DNA of 64,000 bases, taken from assembly GCF_006345805.1 (NCBI RefSeq), contig NC_042998.1, positions 48,670,001 to 48,734,000 on the forward strand. The letters run 5' to 3'. A program made the position numbers and the translations under genes. Positions within the stretch are counted from its first letter, which is position 1, and every line of letters begins with the position of its first letter. The notes beneath the pieces were generated by a model. It had not been told where the DNA came from. It was given only the letters and a program-made list of their open reading frames with translations, and did not search any database. Positions 13,426-26,199 of this stretch are shown here, piece by piece. This stretch comes from Octopus sinensis (Eukaryota).

Positions 13426-13994
13426 TCTGAATAGCGGAATGCTTTAAATTGATACTATAATTAATATTTTCGATCGTAAGTATAGGGCCTGAAACTGTGC
13501 AGGAAGGGACTTGTCGGTTACCTGGACCTCAGTGCTCAACTGGTACTTGTTTTATTAAGCTCAAAAAAATAAAAGGCAAATTCGATCTCGGCATAATTTG
13601 AACGCAGAACTTAAAGATGTCTGAACAACCACTGAGCTACAGAGCAAATGTAGGAAAACTAATTATCAACACAAGTTTATATTAAAGTTCCTATGCGTAA
13701 TTCACCATTATGGATGTTTGGAGCTCTGCGATAACTGTTCCAAATGCATTCAGATGCTCAACAACAAGCAATCCTTCGGGAACACTTTATTGTGTCAAGT
13801 TGCAGATAGCGTTCCTTGAGGATCCGTTTTAGTTGAGCATCAAATGCATTTCGAACATTTTTGGCAGGGCTCCAATCCCTGAAGTGGTTTTCATTCTGTC
13901 AGCCAACCTTGTCAAAGGATTTGTTCATGGATAAGAACCTCAAATTCTGAATAACGAAATGCTTTAAAATGAAATTATAATTCTTTCGATCGTA

Positions 13995-14210
13995 GGGATA
14001 ATGCCTGAAATTTTGTAGGAAGGGGCTAGTCGGTTACATACCCCCCACCCCCCGGTACTCAGCTGGTTCTTATTATATTCACCTCGGGGAAAAAAAGAAG
14101 TTAGAGACAAAATCGAGCTGAGCGGAATTTGAACTCAGAACGTAGCGATAGACGAAATATTCTGACCGTTTCGTCCGATGTACTAACGATTCAACCAGCT
14201 CGCTGCCTCC
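13995..14210 (-). mobile_element. SINE family A, decayed (further copies 13485-13620, 16025-16160, 16535-16750)
   Basis: gcggaatttgaactcagaacgtagcg..ccagctcgctgcc matches the family A consensus seen elsewhere in the window. Confidence 0.7.
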
Positions 14211-15283
14211 GCCAAGAATATAGTTAATATATTAGATAATTATAATAAGTTACTGAGTTATACTTTCGTTGTTCCTGGAATCACTGTATATGCAACAACG
14301 CAATACTTACAAGTATACTGTTACGTGTGTGTGTGCCTGTGTTTGTGTGTGTGTGTGTGTGTGTGTGCACGCGTGTGTGTGTGTGTGGTCGTTTTATCTA
14401 TACCGTAAGAATTTATAATCTTGGGAACACGAAGCAGATAAAACTATAGATAATAGGGTGTAAGTTTTGATTTTTTTAAAAAAACATTTGATTGAAAAAC
14501 TTGATGGCTGCCCTAAATTCTTCCTATTATCTATAGCGTTATTTGCTTCGAGCCTGTTGATATGAAACGAATTTTATCATGCTTGTCGAAGTTTCTAAAT
14601 TATCATGCAGAAACGTGTAATTCTCGTTAATTAGAACAATTCTTTGGAAATGGATGAACAAATAAAAAGGGTTTCTTTGGTACCAAGGTAAAACGTCTTT
14701 CATGTTGGCAGGAAATATAGATTTGTTTCTCACAGGCAGCCTTCTAAATTTACACACTAATATTTATAGCCTCATCTACTTCGATTTTCACAGTTAAAAT
14801 GACGTATAATAGATAGATATATAGAGATATAGATAGATACATACATACATACATACATACATACATACATACATACATACATACGAACAATAGTAAAAAT
14901 TAGTTCTGTGATATAGAGATAAAAATGATAATAGATTTTAGGGTATAGTTCTTGTGAGCAAGCGTCATAAATTCACTTTCTAGCCTCGGCCGTAGGAGTT
15001 GAAATTTGATAGCGTTGTGATGAGTGGTCACTCTACATCCATCCATTGCTACAGGTTTATAACTTTATGTTTTATAGAGTGTATGTGCGTGCTTATACAC
15101 ACCATACATACATACATACATACATACATACATACATACATACATACATACATACATGCATACACAGGCGTATGTGCGTACATGCATACGTACATACATA
15201 CACATGTATGCATACATACACACTCATACATACGTACATATATATGACGAACTAACTGTTACTTTCTTAGATGCAGCACGGAC

Positions 15284-15332
15284 TTTGTCAGTGAACAGGT
15301 CGCGGATTTTAGCGACGAAAATTTTTGACAAA
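15284..15332 (+). ncRNA. Duplicate of the G3-C8 hammerhead motif
   Basis: Identical to 12731-12780 except a 1-nt deletion in stem III. Confidence 0.6.
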
Positions 15333-15479
15333 TTAAACTTAAATGTTGGAGTGAATCGAACGGCTTTTGTGTGTTTCTTAAATGGCTTATAAACACCTTC
15401 CTCGCTGCAATTGTTTTCGTTTCAGCACACGATCTCAGATCAAATTACTTGCTATGCGAGTACATCTCCGTAATATATA

Positions 15480-15522
<43 letters not shown>

Positions 15523-17635
15523 TATATATAATATATATATATATATATTATGTATGTATGTATGTATAATAAACGTATGAATTATTACAGGGCGTGTTTA
15601 TTTTGTGTTGCAATAACATATATGTGCTGAATACACCAATATGAATCTGCTGATATAGGTTTGTCATATGTAATGTAAACAGGAATATATTAACCTAAAA
15701 AATACTGCGCAATTTACTCTATGGCTGATTGTACTTGACCGCCCACTCTTTCCCAGAAAGTTAATTACATCAAGCCTCTAGGCCTTGATCTTTAATCCTA
15801 CTTACCCGAAGAAAAATGTCCCTGATGAGATCATCGCTCTATCTTCTCCGAATCGGAGATGGGTTAGTTGCTCGCCATTCATGTTCACGCCACCTGTCCA
15901 GTCGATGTCCTTGATGATTATTTCTAGATATGCGGTAAAGAGCTTGGATTATTTGTAGAAAAGAGTCTAAAATTCTGAATAGCGAATGCTTTAAATTGAT
16001 ACTATAATTAATATTTTCGATCGTAAGTATAGGGCCTGAAACTGTGCAGGAAGGGACTTGTCGGTTACCTGGACCTCAGTGCTCAACTGGTACTTGTTTT
16101 ATTAAGCTCAAAAAAATAAAAGCAAATTCGATCTCGGCATAATTTGAACGCAGAACTTAAAGATGTCTGAACAACCACTGAGCTACAGAGCAAATGTAGG
16201 AAACTATTATCAACACAAGTTTATATTAAAGTTCCTATGCGTAATTCACCATTATGGATGTTTGGAGCTCTGCGATAACTGTTCCAAATGCATTCAGATG
16301 CTCAACAACAAGCAATCCTTCGGGAACACTTTATTGTGTCAAGTTGCAGATAGCGTTCCTTGAGGATCCGTTTTAGTTGAGCATCAAATGCATTTCGAAC
16401 ATTTTTGGCAGGGCTCCAATCCCTGAAGTGGTTTCATTCTGTCAGCCACCTTGTCAAAGGATTTGTTCATGGATAAGAACCTCAAATTCTGAATAACGAA
16501 ATGCTTTAAAATGAAATTATAATTCTTTCGATCGTAGGGATAATGCCTGAAATTTTGTAGGAAGGGGCTAGTCGGTTACATACCCCCCACCCCCCGTACT
16601 CAGCTGGTTCTTATTATATTCACCTCGGGGAAAAAAGAAGTTAGAGACAAAATCGAGCTGAGCGGAATTTGAACTCAGAACGTAGCGATAGACGAAATAT
16701 TCTGACCGTTTCGTCCGATGTACTAACGATTCAACCAGCTCGCTGCCTCCGCCAAGAATATAGTTAATATATAGATAATTATAATAAGTTACTGAGTTAT
16801 ACTTTCGTTGTTCCTGGAATCACTGTATATGCAACAACGCAATACTTACAAGTATACTGTTACGTGTGTGTGTGCCTGTGTTTGTGTGTGTGTGTTGGTG
16901 TGCACGCGTGTGTGTGTGTGTGGTCGTTTTATCTATACCGTAAGAATTTATAATCTTGGGAACACGCAGCGATAAACTATAGATATAGGGTGTAAGTTTT
17001 GATTTTTTTTAAAAAAACATTTGATTGAAAAACTTGATGGCTGCCCTAAATTCTTCCTATTATCTATAGCGTTATTTGCTTCGAGCCTGTTGATATGAAA
17101 CGAATTTTATCATGCTTGTCGAAGTTTCTAAATTATCATGCCAGAAACGTGTAATTCTCGTTAATTAGAACAATTCTTTGGAAATGGATGAACAAATAAA
17201 AAGGGTTTCTTTGGTACCAAGGTAAAACGTCTTTCATGTTGGCAGGAAATATAGATTTGTTTCTCACAGGCAGCCTTCTAAATTTACACACTAATATTTA
17301 TAGCCTCATCTACTTCGATTTTCACAGTTAAAATGACGTATAATAGATAGATATATAGATAGATAGATACATACATACATACATACATACATACATACAT
17401 ACATACATACATACATACATACATACATACATACATACATACATACATACATACATACCTTGATACAGAGACAGATAGATGGATGGACATGCATATATAT
17501 ATATATATATTATAATAAGAGATATATATATATACCCACACACATATACATACATACATATCTATATATATATACGTGTATATTTATATACATATATATA
17601 TATACATATATACGCGTATATTTATATGTATGTAT

Positions 17636-17690
<55 letters not shown>

Positions 17691-17692
<2 letters not shown>

Positions 17693-17790
17693 TAGTTATC
17701 GCCATACTAATATGGCAGTTTATATTAGTATGGTGATAACTATTATATCCAGTAACGCTGCCGTAATCTCCTTTAGAGAGACTTAGTAAT
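17691..17790. repeat. 23-bp hairpin followed by a decayed hammerhead 3' half
   Basis: 17691-17713 pairs with 17722-17744; then ccAGTAAC gctgcc GTA atctcc. Confidence 0.6.
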
Positions 17791-17806
17791 TTTAATATTT
17801 ATATAC

Positions 17807-17868
<62 letters not shown>

Positions 17869-17885
17869 GTGTGGTGTTGTGTGTG

Positions 17886-17922
<37 letters not shown>

Positions 17923-18321
17923 CATATAATATCGAGTAGAAAATTGGATTCGGAAAATCAAGCGGAACTCACGATAAGCACTCCACCTGTAAAACAGGCT
18001 ATCAGGTCACGAATAACGATGTAATTTATCATTTGTCATGTAATTTACCATCTCGTCGTACTAAATTACTATATAATTTAGCATGATTATTCATCTGAAA
18101 TTACGGGGTATATTAACAGCAATATTTCTATTGTGAAGTATATAATAAGCAAAAAAGATTGTGAGAGGTAAAGGAAGATTTAATATTTCCGTATTGCAGC
18201 TGTTTCATAATTGACTCCAGATTATATCAATAACTTCGATGCGTAGACACATATACAATATACATATTTGTGTGTATATATATGGGCACGCACAATCATA
18301 CACACACACACACACACACAC

Positions 18322-18366
<45 letters not shown>

Positions 18367-18369
18367 CCT

Positions 18370-18870
18370 TACAACAGAAGTGACAGATGGTTATGTACAG
18401 ATTTTTCTGATGTCCCCAGAGTGATGCACACTAAATTTTCAGCAACTGTGATGGTTTGAAGAATGGTGAGGAGAGAAGGTCATGTCATAACCTACTCACA
18501 TATTTCCACAAAGAATTTGAATTGATGTTGCTAAATACGTTGAAGTACTGTAGACAGCTAAGCTCTAGATTGACGGAGTAAGTGGTGGACGGCCATAAAT
18601 GGTTGAGCCAAGAATGGCTGTCAGGCAATCTCTACGATGGTGTAATACCAATTTTGTGGCTTCCAAATTCACCAGATTTAAATCCCATGGGCTACCAGTT
18701 TGGAGCGTCGTTGAAAGCGTCTCGAATCGACATTCTCACAATATCATAGCTTCACTGAAAGCCGCCATTGTCCAGGTAAAGTCCGAAATGAATAAGGATC
18801 ATTTATTGCTTTCATGTCAATGATTCCAGCTCCGTATTGAACCAGTCGTCAAAGCTGAAAGCTTCTCGAG
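18370..18870 (+). mobile_element. Tc1/mariner (maT/DD37D-like) transposase fragment
   Basis: NRSDRWLCTDFSDVPRVMHTKFSATVMV, WLPNSPDLNP, SLKAAIVQ, with stops and frameshifts. Confidence 0.85.
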
Positions 18871-19006
18871 AGCCTGTGCACAAGCTCTTATCAAAATATA
18901 TTGGGTTTTTGCTAAATTAGATTCGTTTTAGTAAATTGCTAAATATGTCCTCAGATATGTCTCGCATACATACATACATACATACATACATACATACATA
19001 CATACA

Positions 19007-19038
<32 letters not shown>

Positions 19039-19039
19039 C

Positions 19040-19072
<33 letters not shown>

Positions 19073-19093
19073 TAGATAGATAGATAGATAGAT

Positions 19094-19140
<47 letters not shown>

Positions 19141-19189
19141 GATAGAGTCAAATATCATTCTGCTTCATAAGAGGCATAAAGTAGATTTT

Positions 19190-20140
19190 AGAAAACTATT
19201 GCCCCATATGCTTTTTGTCCCACCTCTATCAGTTGTTAACAAAGGTCATAATCGGCAGACTATCAAAACATCTTGACAACCAGCAGCCGAGAAGATAAGC
19301 AGGTTTTTTTTTTTACAATAGATCATGTATTCCCTCAACACTGCTCATAGAGCGAGTGAACAAAAACAGGTTTCCTCTGTGAATCGCTTTCGTTGATTAC
19401 GAGGTCTTCGATAGCGTCGAGATGAACGTAGGGTCGAAATCTCTAGAAACGTAAGCTGTTGAGGTACAGTATATCAACCTGCTTAGAGATGCGAACTTTG
19501 GACGCACAACTGACATAGCTCTGTTATCGCCACTAGTAAGGGCCCCAACTGAGAAGGGTGTCAAACAAGGAAATGCCATCTCTCGAAAGCTCTTTACCTC
19601 TCTTCAAAACCTTTTACCTAGAAATGATCAACATGGACATCGACTGAACAGGTAAGGTGAACATCAAAAGCGAGCAACTAGTACGCCTGAGATTCGCAAA
19701 TGACATTGTACTCATCGCTGAAGCCACAGACCAGCTACAGAATATGCTGACAGAGCTGAACACTCAGAGCTTAGCAATGGATCTTAAAATGAACCAGATG
19801 TAAACAAAATTTATGAGGTCAAAAGAATAGCATAATGCCGAATAGAGGTGGGAAGCGATGAAGTCGTGGTGGTACAGGAGTACGTCTAATTACGGCATAT
19901 AGTGAATATGCGCCGAGATATGGATACCGAAATCTCAAAGAAAATATAGACAAGTTGGAAGGCATTTAACTCAATAAAGGATGTGCTCCAAACAAAGCTA
20001 GACAATGCTATACGCGCCAGACTCTTCAATAGTACCGTCCTACTTGCGCTCTTCTCTGCAAGTGAGACATGGACTACCACAAAGAGGATAGAATATCGAT
20101 CGGCTACAACCTAAAGGGCCATGGAAAGATTCATGCTAAG
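19190..20140 (+). mobile_element. RTE-type LINE RT fragment
   Basis: LSHLYQLLTKVIIGRL, TIDHVF, AFVDYEVFDSVE, GVKQGNAISRKLF, RFAND, ETW, AMERFMLRISLR. Confidence 0.85.
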
Positions 20141-20272
20141 AATATCATTAAGAAAGGAATATCATTAAGAGAAGAATATCATTAAGAGAGGAATATCATT
20201 AAGAGAAGAATATCATTAAGAGAGGAATATCATTAATAGAGGAATATCGTTAAGAGAAGAATATCATTAAGA
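20140..20272 (+). repeat. 17-bp minisatellite, about 8 units (gaatatcattaagagaR)
   Basis: Direct reading; the unit is the RTE codons for RISLRE. Confidence 0.95.
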
Positions 20273-20723
20273 TTAATACCAGGGTTAATCTTACATACCA
20301 TGCAGTTGTCATTGGTGCATTTTGTATTCTCAAAGGGGTACGTCCTACATAATTATGATCTGATAGAACGCCCTGGCTTTTCAACAATCTTAATGCTGAG
20401 TTTGGCTTCCTTCAGAGGCATACAATCACACAAAAAGGAACACACAAACATGAAAACATGAATATGCAGAATACATGCTTACAAACGTACACATACGCAT
20501 ATATATATATATGTGTGAATACCACATGCACCAATGACAACTGCATGGTATGCGTGTGTGTACGTTTGTATGTATGTATATATGTATGTGTGCGTATGTA
20601 TGCTTGTGCGTGTATGCACATATATGCGTGCGTGTAGATTTGTATGTATGTATTCTGCATATTCATGTGTTTTCATGTTTGTGTGTTCATGTTTGTATGA
20701 TTGTATGCGTGTGTGAATGTGGT

Positions 20724-21146
20724 CTCTGAAGGAGACCAAACTTAACATTAAGATCATTGAAAAGCCAGGGAACTCTATCAGATCACAATTATGTAGGACG
20801 TGCCCTTTTGAGAATACCACATGCACCAATGACAACTGCATGGTATGTAAGATTAACCCTGGCATGTAGAAATGTAGTCTACAGCATAAGATGAATAGAT
20901 GTTGCTTGTAAAGACAAGAGCATGATATACAATCCTGAGACATCTAGAAACATTGCGGAGAGATTAAATGAACATTTGAGACAATATAACAACAAAAAAC
21001 AGTCCTCCATACTCTAGCAACATGCCAAAGACCAACATGAAGGCACACTGGGTCGACTTGACATCCGCATTTTATCCAAACACCCGAAGGACCCAACACT
21101 CAGACAAATACAGGAGTTCGTCCTCATAAATAGCAGATATAAGTAG
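20724..21146 (+). mobile_element. Penelope-like element, Cys-rich linker plus GIY-YIG endonuclease
   Basis: KIIEKPGNSIRSQLCRTCPFENTTCTNDNCMVCKINPG, then NVVYSIR..IYNPETSRNIAERLNEHLR..RQIQEFVLI. Confidence 0.85.
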
Positions 21147-21489
21147 AAGGTAGTGATACCCCAATACCTACAGCTTATACATACACGGATAGATTTGTTA
21201 GCAGGATGTTATGTAAATATATATTTATATATATATATACTTGTATATGGTGTGTTATGTGAATTTATGGAAAGGAATCCCATAAAACTCAACAAATTTG
21301 TTAAAAATGGAAAAGAGAAGTTGTTAAAATGTAAGAGAATTTTAATTCATTCAGAGATATATAAAAAAACTTGAAACCTTCTTCTCGTATATGTGCTGTT
21401 CGTGCAACATATGCAGCATAAAATAACAAGATAAGTCATCCAATGCGAGAATCTTATTTAAAAATGTGATATTTCCAGTATGCCGATGA

Positions 21490-21615
21490 TAATTCAGTAC
21501 AGATGGTTAGGACATGTTTTTCGAAAGAATAATGACCGCATTCCGAAAATTCTTCTGTATGGCCAACAAATCGAGAGATATCGCGGCGAAAGAAAACCTC
21601 TCCTTAGGTATAAGG
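21490..21615 (+). mobile_element. RTE LINE C-terminal fragment
   Basis: QYRWLGHVFRKNNDRIPKILLYGQ..GERKPLLRYK. Confidence 0.7.
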
Positions 21616-22629
21616 GGATATATATATATATATATATATATACATACATAGGTGTTTATATGTATTTATGTATGTAATATTTCGTAGCTACAATCTAAAA
21701 ATAGCTGCATAGTATTTTATTCAAGTAACTCACAACCATTTAAAAGAAGGACTCAATGAATAATGCAGATTTATTTCTACTGTATCTGAAAAACATTTTT
21801 TTAAAAATAACCTAAGTACATTTGGAACGCCTTTAATCATTTTCCTGTTCAATCATGATTGACCTTTGCTTTAACAACAACAAAAAGCTATAACCTACAA
21901 CTCTATGCCGAAAAATACAAAAAATATCGTCATCTTATAGTGATTGTGAAAATCAAATCTTGACTCAATAAATAAATATCTATTTCCACTAAAATTACAT
22001 ATTTATAGAAGTAATGCTTTAGATAATTCTTTTTCCTCTAATAATCATTAGTTCGTAGTTATTTCAGCTATTCATTTTAAAACAACTTCCCACTAACTAT
22101 CTACACAGTAATGGACAATTTTCTCATCATCTCTTTAACGTTTTCTCTAATCAGATTTTTATATTCTCCTAATAATACTAGCATACTACCAATTATATGA
22201 GGGCATTAATAGTCTTCGTTCCTCAATTATGGTTATGTTTTTGGTGGAGAGGGAGGTATTTAATCAGCGTAAGAAGGAAAAACCATGACCTTTTTTGTGG
22301 GCCTTCTAAGAAAGGAAAGAGAAAGTGAAGAAGATACCATTATTCGCATTTATAGTTGAAAGATATTGCTGTTTACTCAAACCGGAGACGCGGTCCGAAT
22401 GATTGAGTGCAACATAGTATGATTTTGTTAACGGTACCCAAAGCCTAGATGTTTTTAAACTGAACGACGAATGAATTTACTTTTGAATATGTGAATGTGA
22501 AAGGAAACTAGTCGCTGATTACCACCAAAAACTGCCTTTGTAGTCTTCGTAAACGTACGAGCTTTTACGAAGTCACTCGAACAGCTAGAAATAGCAAACA
22601 AATTACCCTTGTGTATAAACATTATCAGG

Positions 22630-22790
22630 GGCAGGCGTGGCTGTGTGGTCAGAAGCTTGCTTCCCAGCCACATGGTTCTGGATTTAGTCCCACTGTGTGG
22701 CACCTCAAGCAATTGTCTTTTACTATAGCCTCGGACCGACCAAAGCCTTTCTGTGTGGATTTGGTAGACGGAAACTGAAAGAAGGCCGTC

Positions 22791-22831
<41 letters not shown>

Positions 22832-23238
22832 ATTATCAATATAGGGTGGCAAGGAAAATTTTTAGAATTTTATTGCCACCAGCGGCCCAGCGGGAAAAAA
22901 TTAAATAGTCATAGACCATTTTAAGTTCAACATTAACAATTAAGAACGGCCATAATAGGCCATTCACCCACTAGAAATAACAGCCAAAGCTTCTACCGCA
23001 AATAAGATTAATTCCGTAAACAGGAGAAAATTAAAAAACATTTACCCTGTAATTTCTTGTACGGTATACCGTTTCATCCTCTGTTTAAACAGAGGATGAA
23101 ACGGTATACCGTACAAGAATTACAGGGTAAATGTTTTTTTAATTTTCTCCTGTTTACGGAATTAATCTTTATTTGCGGTAGAAGCTTTGGTGTTTTATTT
23201 CTAGTGGGTGAATGGCCTATATGGCCGTTCCTTAATTG

Positions 23239-23312
<74 letters not shown>

Positions 23313-23500
23313 GTGTGTGTGTGGTGCTTGTCACCATCACCTTTTGACAACCGGTATCGGTGTGTTTACGGTGTGTCCCCCGTAACTTAGCGGATCGACA
23401 AAAGAGACCGATAGAATAAATACCAGGATCGACTAATTTGACTAAAACTTTCAAGACGGTGCTCCAGCATGGCCACAGTCTAATGACTGAAGCAGATAAA
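22630..23500 (+). mobile_element. SINE family B interrupted in its central (TA)n by a palindromic PLE-type repeat
   Basis: Head 22630-22790 (gcaggcgtggctgtgtggtcagaagcttgcttcc), tail 23312-23500. Confidence 0.85.
22932..23243. repeat. 312-bp palindrome with no spacer, centre 23086/23087
   Basis: Arms near-identical; each carries GAAAC-GGTATACC-GTA (hammerhead 3' half). Confidence 0.95.
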
Positions 23501-23939
23501 AAAATATACATATACAGTCTAGCCATGACTATCCTGACCTCCTGAGAGGAAGAGATAATGGTCAAGGCTAGAATACTTTTAATCCTAGGCTTGCTCATTT
23601 AGGAATGACTTGCGCTAAACAGCCTCAATCATTTCTGGAATGGCTGCGGATGTTTTAGAAGTTGGCCTTCTTTAAATCAGACACACCTAGTTTAGACTTA
23701 TTAATATGGAATACAATCTGATTATATATGTTTAACTGTATGCTTCTGAGTATGCTTGCCCATGATCGTGCATATATATGTGCACACGCTTATATTTAGG
23801 TGTCAGTGTCTGTGTGCATATGTGTATGTGAGTACACATAATAAAAGAGAGAGAGAGAGAGAGCGAAAGAGAGAGAAAGAGAGAGCGAAAGAGAGAGAAA
23901 GAGAGAGCGAGAGTGAATTTGCTATGTTAGCATCCGGAT

Positions 23940-24170
23940 GTTTTGTGAGATCCATGAATCTGCAACTAGTCCGTGTTGATAGAGCGCGGCGAAGTGACAA
24001 TGGAGCGATTTCTTCAGGACGCAGATCCACACAAGGCTGTATGGACGACCAGTTGTTGTCCATGCAACAGGTATCCTCTCTCCATGCCATCGATGTTGGG
24101 CAAGGAGAAGGGCCGATAAACTTTGGTACCAGCGGTATCGCATGAATTGCTAGAACGAAGTTAAAGACAA
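23940..24170 (+). mobile_element. Possible RTE-type 5' region fragment
   Basis: ccgataaactttggtaccagcggtatcgcatgaattgctagaacga resembles RTE 5' sequences; no coding support. Confidence 0.3.
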
Positions 24171-24779
24171 TATCGGGCTGTACTGGGGATTCCAGTCAAC
24201 GCTATCTTCAGTATATTTTAGGACCCGAGAAAAAGAAATGCACTTAGGTCTTTAACCCTTTCATCCCCAACATATTTAAATTAAGTTTTTCAGTTAGGAA
24301 ATTTTTATGTAGCATTTCAATGGAGAAAATTTCTTAGAACTGGTTGAAAATTCTACTATAATAATACTCTTGTATTTTTCTCCGTCACAACATATGAATG
24401 AGAAAAAGGGATGATAGATGAATAAGGAATGAAGGAGTGATATCAAACTGGAAGTGGGATGGTGAATATTCAACGCTGAAAAGAAAAATCAAACAGCGTC
24501 TCAACTCTGTGTGAGTATATGTGTGTATGTGTGTGCGTGTACAAGTGAAGTATGTCAATGTTTGTATCTGTGATTATTATGTACCCAATTTTGTACCTTA
24601 TTTATATATAAAATACTACAATTAGCCGCCATATTTGACAGCACGGGGCCAGCTGGTCTTATAATATTTCTGCTTGTCATTGCGTTACTTAGCCCGTCGG
24701 TAACACTTTCACGTGATTAAAGAAAAAGTGGGAGAAGGAAAAGTGGAAGAGAGAAAGAGAGAGGAAGAAAAGGAGAGAC

Positions 24780-24876
24780 GCGGTGGTGATGATGGTGGTG
24801 GTGGCGGCAGTGGTGGTGGTGACGGTGGTGCTGCTGGTGGCGGTGGTGCTGGTGGCGGTGGTGCTGGTGGCGGTGG
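24780..24876. repeat. (GGT)n-type trinucleotide tract
   Basis: Direct reading; gives the poly-Pro ORF. Confidence 0.9.
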
Positions 24877-25289
24877 TAAGTGAATAGTGAAAAGTATATT
24901 TTTTTTATTGAACAAGGTTTTTTGATATCACCTATTACTTAACGCATGCGCATAAGTGCAATTCTGTGAATTATTTACGCTTATTTACGTGGAAGATATA
25001 AGCAATTTAACTAAAGGTTGTATCCTATTTGCGGGATATTTTTTGCTGTTGTTTATGGGGAAAATGGAAAAAAAGAGTGAATATTTATTTCGAGTGCTAT
25101 ATATGAAGTCTATAAAATTGTGCATAAAGTATATAAAGTGTATATATAAAGTCCATTAAGTAATCACCATATTCCAATTTCTTTCACGTTTCAATGAGTA
25201 GCAGATGAGTGACTATCTTTCCATACAGACACAACACAGGGTATGCCTTCGGGTATTTTGGATAAAGCTTTCAGAAATAACCCAATAGG

Positions 25290-25700
25290 TTTACCATTAA
25301 TCCTGTGAAATATTCATGGGTCCTGCCAGTCTGTATTACTGGAGGTGTTGTTTTCAATGGACATCGGGAAAAACAAATTCAACCACTGTTATCCCGCTGT
25401 GTTACAGAAATGATTTTTGCTAGAAAATTTGCGCTTCCTTACACAAGTAATGACTATCATGCATTTAAATATCCCGATTGCGAATTGAACACTGGGAAGC
25501 ATAGATTTCAACTTATGTAAAATGATTCTGCTGCTTATGAGGCAGAGACTTGAAATCTTCATCGAGAACAATGAAAATATTAAATTACTTCCAACCATTG
25601 AGTAATTCATTATAATAAATATCTTCGTGATAAGCATTAACCAATTTTTCCACATCTTTCACTAAGTTCATTACAATCAATTGTTTCAACATACTAAAAT
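25290..25700 (-). mobile_element. hAT transposase C-terminal (dimerisation domain) fragment
   Basis: KLVNAYHEDI..NEL, LKSMLPSVQFAIGIFKCMIVITCVRKRKFS, WLNLFFPMSIEN..DWQD. Confidence 0.7.
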
Positions 25701-25894
25701 TAGAACACAGACTACCAACGTATTCGTAAGCTTCAACACATTTAGTAATGTGGTATTTCAGACAGTCTACAATATGAAAGTAACAGACAGGACAAGAGAA
25801 GACAAGAGGGACAGAAAATCGCTGAGGAGGTCATAGAATGTTTGACGAAAGAACTCTGACAAATAAACTAATAAATATAATAATAATCCTTTCT

Positions 25895-26099
25895 ATAATA
25901 GGCACAAGGCCTGAAATTTTGAGGGAGAGGTTAAGTCGATTACATCGACGCCAGTACATCATTGGTACTTAATTTATCGATTTCGAAAGGATGAAAGGCT
26001 AAGTCGACCTCGGCGGAATTTGAACTCAAAACATAAAGACAGACTAAATGCTGCTAAGCATTTCGCCCGGCGTACTAACGATTCTACCAGCTTTCTGCC

Positions 26100-26100
<1 letters not shown>
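25895..26100 (-). mobile_element. SINE family A
   Basis: aagtcgacctcggcggaatttgaactc..ctaagcatttcgcccggcgtactaacgattct. Confidence 0.85.
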
Positions 26101-26166
<66 letters not shown>

Positions 26167-26199
26167 GAAGGAAGGAAGGAAGGAATGAAATCAGCAAAA

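Larger units (their letters stand above)
12320..17360 (+). repeat. Tandem duplication, two units of about 2.56 kb
   Basis: 12320-14830 recurs at 14885-17360 in the same order; differences are mostly 1-3 nt indels. Confidence 0.95.

Noticed and set aside
24709-24915. Poly-proline ORF
   Set aside because: Translation of a (GGT)n tract with no flanking coding signal
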